DNA of 64,000 nucleotides from an uncultured Verrucomicrobiae bacterium. GTDB lineage: Bacteria; Verrucomicrobiota; Verrucomicrobiia; Limisphaerales; Palsa-1400. The notes below the pieces were generated by a model that was not told the origin of the DNA, ran no database searches, and was given only the letters and a program-made list of their open reading frames with translations. The stretch lies in the NCBI GenBank assembly GCA_963764165.1, contig CAVXRD010000004.1, forward strand, positions 96,001-160,000, written 5' to 3'. Each line of letters starts with the position of its first letter. Positions within the stretch are counted from its first letter, which is position 1. The position numbers were made by a program, and so were the translations under genes. Of this stretch, positions 1-10,271 are shown one piece after another.

Positions 1-2557
1 TGTCGGCCTCGCGGGCGAAATTACGAACGTCTTCGCGATGGCGAATTGGAAATTGCCCCCTCCATCGGCGCAAACCAACGCATCCCCGGGCCTGTCGAAC
101 GCACCGCCAAACCCGCCTAGACTCACTGCCTGGGAGATCATTCAGAAAATACAATTCACTGGAACACCGGATCTGACCGTCCATTTTTACGCCGACGGGC
201 GCGACCCCAACACGCTCAAGGCGGAACTTGGTTTCAACGCCGAGGGCGGGCAGACGCCTTGGGGTAAATTCGGGCTGCTGCACCTCCGGGCAGCGTGTTC
301 GCAGCTCCTCAATTCCCGCGGCGCGCCGTTTTTCCAATCCCATTTCAATGCCCGCGGCGTTTCGACCCGCTGGGCGGATTGCGGCGATCTGGCGGCGACA
401 ATTGATTTCTCGCGCTTCGGTGGCACCAATGTTTCAGCCTTCGCCCACATCATTGGCACCGAGGTCAAGGCCAAGTGGGAGAACAACTCGTCCAGCAATT
501 GGGTCAGCATCGGCGACGCGCAATGGGACGGAACAACCACCATCCCCCAGCCTGGCTTCCGGCCGGAAACGTTTCAAGGCGCACTGCGGCTGGTGAAAAT
601 CCAATCTCCATGGGTCAACGTCGACTCGATCGCGCTGCAACTGCAATCACGCCGCGCCGTCGATGGCGCGCCGGATCCCGCCTGGGGAGTCTGGAACAAA
701 TTCAAGCCCTATATCGTCGATTGGCAGGCAGGGGCGACAAACATCACGACGCCGAAGCTCAAACTGGATCACATCTCGTTCAATGGCGCGTGGCACCCGC
801 CCTTAATTAGTATTGACACGATGCAGGCGAGCATGTATAAGGGTTTCCTGAATTCCAGCAGCACGCTGGACGTGAATTCGCGCCAGACGACCACCGGGAT
901 CTACCTTGATTTTGATCCGCACCAGATCGCGCCCATTCTTACAGAAGCGGCGCAGCACTGGATTGGACTCTATGATTGGGACACGCCGCCAAAATTCAAC
1001 GCCAACCTCCGATACGTTCTGCCACCTTGGACAAACCGGCCCGCCACCTGGGCGGAAGACCTTCGAGACAGCCTGCAATTGGCGGGCGATTTTTCGGTGG
1101 GCCGCGGCGCCTTTCGCGGCGTGGCGGTGAACTCGGCCCAGGCCCATTACGGCTATACGAACCGGATGTGGAGCGTCTCGGGGCTGCGCGTTTCCGGCGA
1201 GGGCGGGTCGGTGAGTCTTGACTACGATTGGAACGACGCGAGCAGCGATTATCATTTTCGATTTGACAGCAGGTTGAAACCGTCGGTCGCCATGCCGCTA
1301 TTGTCCCAGGGCGGCCAGTTGACGCTGCAGGAAATGGATTTTCCCGAAGCCCCCGAACTTAGCGGCGATGTCTGGGGAAACTGGAAGACGCCAAAAACCG
1401 CCGGCCTCAACGCCCTTCTGGCCGCGACCAATGCCATCATCCGCGGCGAGCCTGTCGCGCAATTGAATGCCAACTTCCACTTTACAAATCTCGTCCTCAC
1501 CGTGAGCAACCTGGCCCTGCGGCACAAATCAGGCCGCGCGGAAATACCGTTGGCAACAATCAATTTCACATCCAACATTTATTATTTGAGCAACGCCTCG
1601 AGCCAGCTTGATCCGGTCGCGGTGCGGCATGCGCTGGGAAAAATCGAGCCGCCGTGGATGAAGGAACTTGATTTTGACACGCCCCCGCTGGTTCGCGCCA
1701 CCGGCCAGTTCACCCCGGGAAACGATGATGGAACAGACCTCCGCTTTTTTGTCCAAGGCCGGAAATTGCATTGGAACCACATCACCGCCGACACGGTGCG
1801 CGGGGATGTTTATTACCATGTGCGGACGGTGGAAGCGACGAACATTCAGGGAACACTTTACGGCTCGGGCACGCTGCTGGGCTGGTTCGTCATTGATTGG
1901 TTCGAACACGGCACCAAATTTGTGAGCGACGCGACCTTAAAGGACGTCGACCTCGCGAAGCTGGCCAAGGAGTTTACCGGCAAGACGAATTCGATGGAGG
2001 GCTTGCTGGATGCGCACCTTTACCTGGGCGCGCCCTATAATGCGGACTATACGAATATGTTCGGCAACGGGTGGCTTCACATTCACAACGCTCTCCTGTG
2101 GGACATCAAGCTTTTCGGCCTGCTCTCGCCGATTCTCAACGCCATCGCCCCCGGCTCTGGAGACAGCCGGGCGCGGGAGGCTTCAGCCAGCTTTCTTATC
2201 AACAAAGGCGTTCTGGACACGGAGGATTTGGATATTCATTCGTCTGGATTCCGCCTGCTCTACCGCGGGACGGTTGATTCGCAAAAGCGTTTGAACGCGC
2301 GAGTGGAGGCGAATCTGCTGCGGGACACGCCCCTGTTCGGGCATTTCCTAAGCTGGATGCTGACGCCGTTGGATAAGCTTTTCGAGTACCGGGTGAGCGG
2401 AACATTGGACAAACCGGAGATGAAACCGGTCTTCATTCCGAAGGTATTCATGGAAATGCTGCGGCCATTCCACACCCTGAAGCAAATGAGCCAGCCGAGC
2501 CAGTCCGCGACACCGGTCAAGCCGAAAGAGCCAGCGCCTGCCACCCCCCCACCGTAG
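1..2557 (+). CDS. AsmA-like/DUF3971-type outer-envelope beta-rich protein, 5'-truncated by the window
   Basis: Frame is open from base 2 to the ORF at 38..2557. Long beta-strand-rich sequence with a C-terminal AsmA_2-like segment (ASFLINKGVLDTEDL...YRVSGTLDKP). Confidence 0.7.
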   Translation, partial: VGLAGEITNVFAMANWKLPPPSAQTNASPGLSNAPPNPPRLTAWEIIQKIQFTGTPDLTVHFYADGRDPNTLKAELGFNAEGGQTPWGKFGLLHLRAACSQLLNSRGAPFFQSHFNARGVSTRWADCGDLAATIDFSRFGGTNVSAFAHIIGTEVKAKWENNSSSNWVSIGDAQWDGTTTIPQPGFRPETFQGALRLVKIQSPWVNVDSIALQLQSRRAVDGAPDPAWGVWNKFKPYIVDWQAGATNITTPKLKLDHISFNGAWHPPLISIDTMQASMYKGFLNSSSTLDVNSRQTTTGIYLDFDPHQIAPILTEAAQHWIGLYDWDTPPKFNANLRYVLPPWTNRPATWAEDLRDSLQLAGDFSVGRGAFRGVAVNSAQAHYGYTNRMWSVSGLRVSGEGGSVSLDYDWNDASSDYHFRFDSRLKPSVAMPLLSQGGQLTLQEMDFPEAPELSGDVWGNWKTPKTAGLNALLAATNAIIRGEPVAQLNANFHFTNLVLTVSNLALRHKSGRAEIPLATINFTSNIYYLSNASSQLDPVAVRHALGKIEPPWMKELDFDTPPLVRATGQFTPGNDDGTDLRFFVQGRKLHWNHITADTVRGDVYYHVRTVEATNIQGTLYGSGTLLGWFVIDWFEHGTKFVSDATLKDVDLAKLAKEFTGKTNSMEGLLDAHLYLGAPYNADYTNMFGNGWLHIHNALLWDIKLFGLLSPILNAIAPGSGDSRAREASASFLINKGVLDTEDLDIHSSGFRLLYRGTVDSQKRLNARVEANLLRDTPLFGHFLSWMLTPLDKLFEYRVSGTLDKPEMKPVFIPKVFMEMLRPFHTLKQMSQPSQSATPVKPKEPAPATPPP

Positions 2558-2786
2558 CAGCCGCCTGCGGCCTAGGGCGATTAAAAGTGGGTGATGGATG
2601 CAGACCTTGAAATTAAACAGGAATGGTGAGCGCTTATCGATCCACCTGGACGAATCGCCCCTGAAACTCGGAGCTGGCGCGGACTGGTACGAGGTCACGA
2701 TTGAATGGCAATAAGGCTTCGGCGCTTGGAAGCTTGGCCTTCCGGCCAAGTGAACAAGCCTCGTTTGAAACAAAAGCCGAAAGCAA

Positions 2787-3407
2787 CTAAGCCGGCCGCG
2801 ACCTTTTGCGCAGCCTCCGCAAGGCGCCAGCCCCGAGCGGCAGCAACATCGAGGCGCCGGCGATTATCGTTGTGGTCTCGGGAAGTGTGGGAATCGCTGT
2901 CACACTGACATCACTTAGGCCGTCCCAGGACGGATCGTTCCGCAGGCCAAAGCCAATGTCGGTTCTGGACCCGGTGGCTGTCACCGTGAAGCTGTATTCT
3001 GTCCAGGATTCATTGGGGACGGGGCTGCCAATCACGCTGACGAGGGAATCGTTCCAATAAACGCTCGCATCGCTATCGCCCGTGCCGTTGCCAGCAAGCC
3101 AAAAGCTATATTCGTAGGATTGACCCGCGATGGTTGAAATGGTCTGGTACAGGGGGCTGTCGCCGCCCACGGCGCCAAATACGACGAAGTAGCGATCACC
3201 GGCCCGCGGCAAATATCCTGCGTAGGAGCTTGTCACTTCATTTCCCCCGCAGGCATTCCAATCGGTAAAGTCGCCGGTGGCAAAATTCCCATTCTGGACA
3301 AGATTCAGACCGCCATAGCAGCGGGACCCCGAGAATAAACATAACGAGGCCAAAAGCGCGGGGAGCGCACACTGAGCGGTTCTCGCATATGCATTATTCG
3401 CTTTCAT
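2787..3407 (-). CDS. Secreted carbohydrate-binding-like protein with PEP-CTERM-like sorting tail
   Basis: Signal peptide, NLVQNGNFATGDFTDW (CBM4/9-like start), and C-terminal IPTLPETTT-hydrophobic helix-LRRLRKR tail. Confidence 0.7.
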   Translation of the reverse strand: MKANNAYARTAQCALPALLASLCLFSGSRCYGGLNLVQNGNFATGDFTDWNACGGNEVTSSYAGYLPRAGDRYFVVFGAVGGDSPLYQTISTIAGQSYEYSFWLAGNGTGDSDASVYWNDSLVSVIGSPVPNESWTEYSFTVTATGSRTDIGFGLRNDPSWDGLSDVSVTAIPTLPETTTIIAGASMLLPLGAGALRRLRKRSRPA

Positions 3408-3641
3408 TTTTTCTATGCAATCGGTCACCAAAGGATTAGCGTGGCCTAGTTCTTACTATAGCATTTGCAACAGCGAGAGAACTAGTTGGTTTTGGGCTGT
3501 GTTGGTACGCTTTTGGGCCGGAATTTCGGGAAATGGATCCTGCTTTCCGGAACACAGGAGCAGGCAGAATGCATAGCGGGGCAAACGGTCACAATTCACG
3601 CCGCAATGCCGAGGGGTCGAATTTCAGGTTGAACGCCGCTG

Positions 3642-4886
3642 TCAGCGCCTGCGGCCGGGCGCAAAGAAATATCCGCCCCGAATTCGCGCGCCGCGAACCT
3701 TGCCGGTGAAACCCTGCTTTTGTCCCGCCTTCTGCTCTTCGAACAGCGCGGTGTACTGATACTCAAAATTCTCCAGTTTCACCCGCGCAATTTTCTGGCC
3801 GATAAAACGTTCGATGGCCATCACATGGTTGGCGTCGCCCGCGACCATGAGCGTCAGCGCGTCTCCGGCGGCTTCGGCCCGGCCTGTTCGGCCGATGCGG
3901 TGAATGTAATCCTCGGGATGCTGCGGAACGTCGTAATTGATGACGTGGCTGACATCCGCGATGTCCAATCCGCGCGAGGCGATATCGGTCGCCACGAGAA
4001 CTTCGTAACGGGCGTCGCGAAATCCCTTGAGCGCGTCCTCGCGTTCGCGCTGAGTGCGGTTGGAATGCAGCACGGCCACCGCATGGCGGCTGCGCTTGAG
4101 CTGGCTGGCAATTTGATCCGCGCGGTGTTTCGTCCGGCAGAAAACGATGACCGATGTCCAATTCATGCGCTCCATGAGTTGCAGGAGAAGCGCCGTTTTC
4201 TGGCTTTCAGCCACAGGATAGATCACATGCTCGACCGTTTCGGCTGGCGTCCGGCGGGCGCCGATTTCCACCACCTGCGGATCTTTCATCGTCCATTTGA
4301 TGAGGCCCTCGATTTCCATTGGAATCGTGGCGGAGAACAGGGCGGTCTGGCGTCCTTCCTTCGGGCATTTTTGCACGATGCGCCGGACATCCGGCAGAAA
4401 TCCCATGTCCAGCATCCGGTCCGCCTCGTCGAGCACCAGATATTGGATTCCGTCCAGCTTGCAGGCGCCGCGTTCCATGTGGTCAAGCAGCCGGCCCGGT
4501 GTCGCGATGACAATATCCGCGCCCGCCTTCAAATCATCGAGTTGCCGGCCGTAGCCAACGCCGCCATAAAGCACCGCTGTGCCTAATTTGGTAAAGCGCG
4601 AGAACTGGTGAATGGCAGTCTCCACTTGAGCGGCCAATTCGCGCGTCGGTTCAAGCACGAGAAACCGCGATCTCCGCTGCGGTTCGCCCAGAAGCGAAAG
4701 TATAGGCAGGGCAAAAGCGGCGGTCTTGCCCGTGCCTGTCTGCGCGCTGCCAATGACATCGCGACCCTCGAGAAGGAGCGGGATGGCGCGCAGTTGGATG
4801 GGAGTCGGTTCCGTGTACCCCATTGCCTTGACGCCCTCCATAATTGCTGGAGCCAAACCGAATTCTGTAAACGACATACTTGGCAT
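3642..4886 (-). CDS. rhlE: DEAD-box ATP-dependent RNA helicase (RhlE-like)
   Basis: Q motif PTPIQ, AQTGTGKT, PTRELA, TPGRL, DEAD, SAT, HRIGRTGR. Start placed at MPSMSF (4886; alternative 4877). Confidence 0.9.
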   Translation of the reverse strand: MPSMSFTEFGLAPAIMEGVKAMGYTEPTPIQLRAIPLLLEGRDVIGSAQTGTGKTAAFALPILSLLGEPQRRSRFLVLEPTRELAAQVETAIHQFSRFTKLGTAVLYGGVGYGRQLDDLKAGADIVIATPGRLLDHMERGACKLDGIQYLVLDEADRMLDMGFLPDVRRIVQKCPKEGRQTALFSATIPMEIEGLIKWTMKDPQVVEIGARRTPAETVEHVIYPVAESQKTALLLQLMERMNWTSVIVFCRTKHRADQIASQLKRSRHAVAVLHSNRTQREREDALKGFRDARYEVLVATDIASRGLDIADVSHVINYDVPQHPEDYIHRIGRTGRAEAAGDALTLMVAGDANHVMAIERFIGQKIARVKLENFEYQYTALFEEQKAGQKQGFTGKVRGARIRGGYFFAPGRRR

Positions 4887-5134
4887 AAGTTCATCCGCTT
4901 CTCCCTGATATGCAAGCGCCGATTCGCTTTGGGCAGGCGACACCCTGACCCTTGAACGGGCGGCTGAACTAACAGGTTCGACCGTCAACCAATTCCTGGC
5001 GCAATCCGCATCCCGTGAAGCCCAGCGGCTTGTCGAACGCGAGCCAGTCATTCGGCTCTCGCAAGAAGGCGCGCGGAAAAGTTCTCGATTTGATTGACCC
5101 GCCTAAACCAAACAAGCAAGATACAAGATGGCAT

Positions 5135-5494
5135 ATGGGAAACAAATCGGCTCAGAGCGATCACGATTGGATGACGTTGACACCAAAGGCGTCGGTTCCG
5201 GTGATCGCGCACGCCGCAGTGGCGTATGTGTTGCTCTTGCCGTTCTCGTTTCTCGCCTCCGCCATGATTTGGGGGTCTCAGGTGTCCGGAGTTTTGTATC
5301 TTTGCGACGATAGCCTTGGCATTTTTGATTTCGTTCCCCCGTTTGTGCATCCCCATTCCCCGGATGTATTCTATGTGCCAGCCTGGCGGGTGTATTTTAT
5401 ATGGTACGCTCTCATTGCGGCGGCTGTTTTGATTCCAGCGGCGGCGCTGTGGTGGCTCTGTCGCCGTTGGAGAGCCGACGAAGCAGATGTTTAA
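5135..5494 (+). CDS. Small hypothetical membrane protein
   Basis: Two hydrophobic segments in ORF 5015..5494; start uncertain. Confidence 0.5.
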   Translation: MGNKSAQSDHDWMTLTPKASVPVIAHAAVAYVLLLPFSFLASAMIWGSQVSGVLYLCDDSLGIFDFVPPFVHPHSPDVFYVPAWRVYFIWYALIAAAVLIPAAALWWLCRRWRADEADV

Positions 5495-5504
5495 GCCAAT
5501 CAAG

Positions 5505-5945
5505 TCACGGCGAAGCAATCACGCCAGATAGAGTCACGTCCGCTGTCAGAATTTTCGCCCCCCCAACGGACACCGTAGCTTGAGCCTGCACCAAGTTTCC
5601 CATGCGGCCTGTGAGCTTTGCGTCGATCAAAATAACTTCACCGGGCCGCGCGGCTCCAAGTATCTTTGCTTGCCGGAGGGCTGTTAATTTCAATCCGGGC
5701 ATGGGCGGGATCGAAGGATCACTTTGCGCGATGACGCCAGCCAATTGCGCCGCAGCCTCCACGAGCAATACGCCAGGAAAAATAGGATCGCCGGGGAAAT
5801 GCCCGCGCAGGAAAGGCTCGTCGCCGCGAATTTTGTATTCCGCCGTCCCGCTCTTTCCCGAGTCCAGCGCAGTCAACCGATCCAGGAACCGGAACTCCGG
5901 ACCGTGCGGCAGGAAACTCAGCGCTTTGTCCAACTCGTTCATCAT
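5505..5945 (-). CDS. FabZ-like 3-hydroxyacyl-ACP dehydratase (hotdog fold)
   Basis: LPHGPEFRFLD, FLRGHFPGDPIFPGVLLVEAAAQ. Start overlaps the stop of the upstream gene. Confidence 0.85.
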   Translation of the reverse strand: MMNELDKALSFLPHGPEFRFLDRLTALDSGKSGTAEYKIRGDEPFLRGHFPGDPIFPGVLLVEAAAQLAGVIAQSDPSIPPMPGLKLTALRQAKILGAARPGEVILIDAKLTGRMGNLVQAQATVSVGGAKILTADVTLSGVIASP

Positions 5946-6610
5946 TTTGATAGCGGTTCGGTCACCTTGAAATCTGCGGGTGGTTTCCAATGGAAAAGAT
6001 TCTGATCAATCGTAGGATTCATAACGGCATTGGTGAAATCATTTCGCATCGACGAGCCATCGACAAAAACCATTTCCGTCGACTTCAAAGAATAGTCGTT
6101 GGTGTCCAAACCCAGGTGAAGCTCTGGCATCATTTGTCTCGCGAATTTGCTTTTTGGCTGCAGCGCGAGCAGCCACGCGCCGTTGGTTTCGTTGACGGAC
6201 AGCAGATTGAATTGCGCTTCAAACTCCTGCCGGTTCTTAGGGAATCCCGCGCTCAACAGCGACATGCTGTCGCGCCATTCCCGAGGAGCATTCGCGCCGA
6301 GCGGGTAATGCTCCGCTCGTTTTAGAATGGGGTAAATGACATACAAATCCTGCCCGTCTCGAAGCGCGATGGTTTGGGCTGGCTTTCCAAGCTGCCACCG
6401 AAAATCACCCGGAGTCTGAAACCAAAGCTGCCCTGCGGATTTCAGCGGAACGGTCAGCGTTTTCAGCGTTCGCGTCTGCGTGAAATCTGCCGACCACCCG
6501 TGGAGCTTTCCTTGGGCGGCGAACCACGCATCCAGAATCGCGCCGGAATCCACCGAGAGAAAGCAGAGCGCTATTCTGCCGAAGGCCAGATAGGAACGAA
6601 ATGATACCAT
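5942..6610 (-). CDS. LolA-like outer-membrane lipoprotein carrier protein
   Basis: SADFTQTR...SAGQLWFQTPGDFRWQ, C-terminal FHWKPPADFKV. Confidence 0.8.
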   Translation of the reverse strand: MVSFRSYLAFGRIALCFLSVDSGAILDAWFAAQGKLHGWSADFTQTRTLKTLTVPLKSAGQLWFQTPGDFRWQLGKPAQTIALRDGQDLYVIYPILKRAEHYPLGANAPREWRDSMSLLSAGFPKNRQEFEAQFNLLSVNETNGAWLLALQPKSKFARQMMPELHLGLDTNDYSLKSTEMVFVDGSSMRNDFTNAVMNPTIDQNLFHWKPPADFKVTEPLSK

Positions 6611-9600
6611 TGTGTTAGATTTTTCTTAATGGCGGGCTCGAAAGCCCGCATGATTTCCTGAGTCAGGCGAATGCGCCCGGCGCGGTCGCCAATGTCTTTG
6701 CGGTTGTAGGGAATCTCCGGTGAAATCGCCGCCGAATAACCGTCCGGCCGGCGCACCATCACCACCGGCAATATGGCACAGCCCGAGGCGCGCGCCAGTT
6801 CCGCCGCCGCAATCGAGGCCAGAAAAGGCTTTCCGAAAAGTTCAACCGTGACGCCCGTGGGGCCGGGCGGACGATCCATTAGCAGCGCTACCGTGGCCCC
6901 AGCTTGCAAGCATTTCACCACTTCAATGCTGCCGAATGGATCATTGCCGATGACAAGCGTCTCGACGCCCCAACGGGCGCGGGATTCCTGGCGAATCTTC
7001 GTGAGCCGCTCATCCGGTTCGGCTTGCGTCAATACCAATAAACGGTAGCCTTTCTCGACCAGGAACGCGCCGCCAAATTCCCAGTTGCCCAGATGCGGCG
7101 TGACGAGCAAGACACCTTTTCCTCGCGCATGAGCTTCGGTGAAATGCTCCCAGCCCTGCCAGTTGGAAAACCACTTCTCTTGTTTGACGCCGCTCTCATA
7201 GCGCAGCAAGTCGGCCAGCTTCAGCATGAATTGGTTCACCAACTCGCGCGCCGCCAACACCGCCTCGGCATCACTGCCAACCACGGGCCGCAAGTTGGCC
7301 GCGAGAATCTTTCTGCGTTTGGGCGCGACTTGCCAGTAGATGGCGGCGCAGATTCCCGCCAGCGAAAGGGCGGTCCTGGGGTTAAGATGGCGGCCCAGCA
7401 TTAATCCGATTTTCCATAGCGACGCACTGTAGAGATGCGAAGGAGAGGCGGCGGCCGCGCGACGCCCGCAAAATGTCTTCCACCAAACCGGCAGCGCCAG
7501 CACCGAAAGCAAAACGTTGCCCGCGATTCCAATCGCGCACACCCGGCCCAGGCTCGACATTCCGGCGTTGCTTGACAGGCCGAGCGAACTGAATCCAGCC
7601 ACCGCCGTCCCGCCGCACAGCAGCAAAGCGCGTCCCACCGAGCGCCGAGCCTCGACGAGGCTCCCGTTGTGGCGGCGCAGGGCAAGCTGCATGAAAATGC
7701 TATAGTCGACGCCCGTTCCCAAAATGAGCGGCACTGCCATCAGATTCAAAACATTCCACGACCACCCCACAGTTTTCATCACGGCCAGCAACGCAATTCC
7801 ACTGAACGCGAGCACGGCGAGGCTCAACGCGATTTCGCGCCAGCCGCGAAACGCCAGCCATAGCGAAAGCAACACCAGCGACACCATCGGCACTACCAGT
7901 TTCCAAAGATTATTTTTGACAGTGGCGAGGACCGACTCGCCCAGCGTTTCCCAGCTCGAAAGCCAGACTCCGCCGTGCGGCAGTTTGGATTCGAGAGCGG
8001 ACACAGACGAAGCCGCGCCGGCTGGATAAAGAAATGCGGCGGCATAAACTTGGTTGGTGTCGCGCGCTGCCACTTTGGAAAAGATCCATTGCCCGAGATG
8101 CTGCTTTGGCCAGAATGTCCCCTTCTCCATTTCCGCCTGCTGCCAGACTTTGAGAATTTCGTCTGTCAAACCTAATGCGTCCTGGGAAAAACCGTTGGTC
8201 AAAATGGCACGATGCATGGCATCCCGTTCCCCAATGATTTTCGCCAGCACCGGTTTGTTTGCGATTTGATTTTCGGGACGCGGCCAGAGAATCGTCGGCG
8301 AGTTATAGCCGGTCAGCACATGGTTCGACACGGCGCTTTCCAGCACTGGTTCGATGAGGTCCAGCTTGTGTCCGACTTCGGTTTCATCTTTGCCCTCGGC
8401 CACAAGCCACAATGGTTCGTGTTCCTGATTCAAGTGCGTCTTGATGGATTCCAGGGCGCCGTAGGCCGGGCTGTCGCGAGGTTCGAGGGCATGTGTGCTC
8501 GCGTCCATCCCCGGGAATCCGTTGCGCAGCGCGATGACGCAGGCGACCGCGATCACCGCCGTTCCAATGAAAACGCGGCGGGCGAAGGCTGGATTAAATG
8601 GCTCAGGCGCGGATGGGCGATGCGAATTAGCGTTTCCGGAACTCGGCCGCATTCGCTCGGGAAACAACGGCGGAAGAAACGCAAAGATCATCACCAGCGC
8701 CGCCAGCGCAACGCCAATCGCCACAAGCGAACCGAGTTGCGCCAGTCCGGGCAAGCCGCCGAAATTCAAAACGAAAAACGCCGAGATGGTCGTCACCGCC
8801 GCCCAAAAAATGCTCGGCGCGATGGCGCGGCGAATTTCGGGGATAGTCAAGTCTGGTTGCGCCAGCGCCTCCTGGTAATGCACCACCGCGTAATCCACCG
8901 CCAGGCCCAGCAGGATCGCCGCGAAGCCCATGCTGATGACGCTGACCGTCCCAAAAATCAATCCGCCCAGCGCGAGTGTCGATCCCAGGATGACAGCGAG
9001 CAAGGTCAGCAGCCACAACATCGGTTTCACGCGCCGATGAGCGATCCAAAAAAGCGCCGCGATGATCACTGATGTTCCGACCACGGAAAGAATGATGTCA
9101 TGTTTCATGCTCGCGGAAATCTCGGCGACAAATGCGGGGCGCCCGGAAAAACTCACCGTGCAGCCGTCGGTGTGGACGAGGTTCTTGATTTCCGAAAGCC
9201 AATCGGTGCATTCGCGATATCCCGACAGATCGCCGCGGGGCTTGACGAACATGATTCGAAATTTTCCATCCGCCGAAGCGAACAGTTCGTTCCCCTTGGC
9301 AGGGTTCGGCACCGCGCCGGCCATCGGCAATTGCGTGAACCCAAGAGGGTCGTAACCGGATTGCGCCAAATCCTGCGGGGAAAGCGTCGTGGAAAGCCGC
9401 TCGCGTGTGGCGGTCAGCACATTCGCCAAATTCGTTTCCGCCAGCGAGTCGGCAAATTTTTGCAGGACGGCGGACGGCTGGTTCAGCCAAAGGAACGCGA
9501 TCAACTCGGGCAATTGGTCAGGGTGTTCGTCCCACGGAGGTTTCCAGTCCACTTCGGCGACCAGGTTGGAATGCGCTTGCAGCGCGGCAGCGGTTTCCCG

Positions 9601-9819
9601 GGCGGCGGCTTCGGTCTTGTCGGGATCGGGGCTGTCGAGCGTGATGATGAGTTCGCCAGCGGTGGAAAAATGCTGTTGATAGAGTTTGAGGCCGGTGACC
9701 TCGGGAATGTCCTGCGGCAGCAAGTCGAGAACGTCCACGTCGAAATGAAGCCGGGCCGCGCCAATGACGAGCGGGATTAAAAAGAGGAGCCACCACCAGC
9801 GAAACCACCGCGGCTTCAT
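6571..9819 (-). CDS. MMPL/RND-family exporter fused to a C-terminal LpxL-like lipid acyltransferase
   Basis: Two RND TM blocks (GLAVDYAV, GTGVDYSIF), then an acyltransferase domain with LLVTPHLGNWE and QWYHFVPIW in one continuous frame. Confidence 0.85.
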   Translation of the reverse strand: MKPRWFRWWWLLFLIPLVIGAARLHFDVDVLDLLPQDIPEVTGLKLYQQHFSTAGELIITLDSPDPDKTEAAARETAAALQAHSNLVAEVDWKPPWDEHPDQLPELIAFLWLNQPSAVLQKFADSLAETNLANVLTATRERLSTTLSPQDLAQSGYDPLGFTQLPMAGAVPNPAKGNELFASADGKFRIMFVKPRGDLSGYRECTDWLSEIKNLVHTDGCTVSFSGRPAFVAEISASMKHDIILSVVGTSVIIAALFWIAHRRVKPMLWLLTLLAVILGSTLALGGLIFGTVSVISMGFAAILLGLAVDYAVVHYQEALAQPDLTIPEIRRAIAPSIFWAAVTTISAFFVLNFGGLPGLAQLGSLVAIGVALAALVMIFAFLPPLFPERMRPSSGNANSHRPSAPEPFNPAFARRVFIGTAVIAVACVIALRNGFPGMDASTHALEPRDSPAYGALESIKTHLNQEHEPLWLVAEGKDETEVGHKLDLIEPVLESAVSNHVLTGYNSPTILWPRPENQIANKPVLAKIIGERDAMHRAILTNGFSQDALGLTDEILKVWQQAEMEKGTFWPKQHLGQWIFSKVAARDTNQVYAAAFLYPAGAASSVSALESKLPHGGVWLSSWETLGESVLATVKNNLWKLVVPMVSLVLLSLWLAFRGWREIALSLAVLAFSGIALLAVMKTVGWSWNVLNLMAVPLILGTGVDYSIFMQLALRRHNGSLVEARRSVGRALLLCGGTAVAGFSSLGLSSNAGMSSLGRVCAIGIAGNVLLSVLALPVWWKTFCGRRAAAASPSHLYSASLWKIGLMLGRHLNPRTALSLAGICAAIYWQVAPKRRKILAANLRPVVGSDAEAVLAARELVNQFMLKLADLLRYESGVKQEKWFSNWQGWEHFTEAHARGKGVLLVTPHLGNWEFGGAFLVEKGYRLLVLTQAEPDERLTKIRQESRARWGVETLVIGNDPFGSIEVVKCLQAGATVALLMDRPPGPTGVTVELFGKPFLASIAAAELARASGCAILPVVMVRRPDGYSAAISPEIPYNRKDIGDRAGRIRLTQEIMRAFEPAIKKNLTQWYHFVPIWPSAE

Positions 9820-10271
9820 GGAAAAAACCGGCCTTCCAGCGATTCACCCGAATGCGAATCCTCCAACCGCCAGTTGCCTTCGGGCTTTTGCGAGAACTTC
9901 CAACGCCTGCCAAGAGCTTCCCCGCTTAGGGCTTTCGGCAGCTCGAACCAAGAGAACCTTGCCGGCGGCGAGCCGTGCCCGCTCCAATGAAATTTGTCAG
10001 CGCCAAATTGAATCTGCCAAGAACCTTCGGTGAATTCCGCAGTGGCAACGGTAAATGGTGATTTGGAAAATTGGATGAAGAAATCGCCCGTTGCGTTGGT
10101 GGCGAGAATCAAGTCTCCGGCCATTTCGGGACGATGGCCAGGCGGCTGCCACAACGCCTGTCCCTGCTGCAAATGCCAGCCGGGCTTGCTAATATCGACG
10201 GGGGGCAAATGGCCGGTCGTCGCGCAGCCGGCGCAACAGGCCAAAGGCAAAATCAAGAACCGCGAGTTCAA
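9816..10271 (-). CDS. Hypothetical lipoprotein
   Basis: TTG start overlapping the upstream stop; lipobox-like LACCAGC. Confidence 0.65.
   Translation of the reverse strand: MNSRFLILPLACCAGCATTGHLPPVDISKPGWHLQQGQALWQPPGHRPEMAGDLILATNATGDFFIQFSKSPFTVATAEFTEGSWQIQFGADKFHWSGHGSPPARFSWFELPKALSGEALGRRWKFSQKPEGNWRLEDSHSGESLEGRFFP

Noticed and set aside
2598..2714. 38-aa ORF MQTLKLNRNG...EVTIEWQ
   Set aside because: Too short to support without homology; may be a gene remnant.
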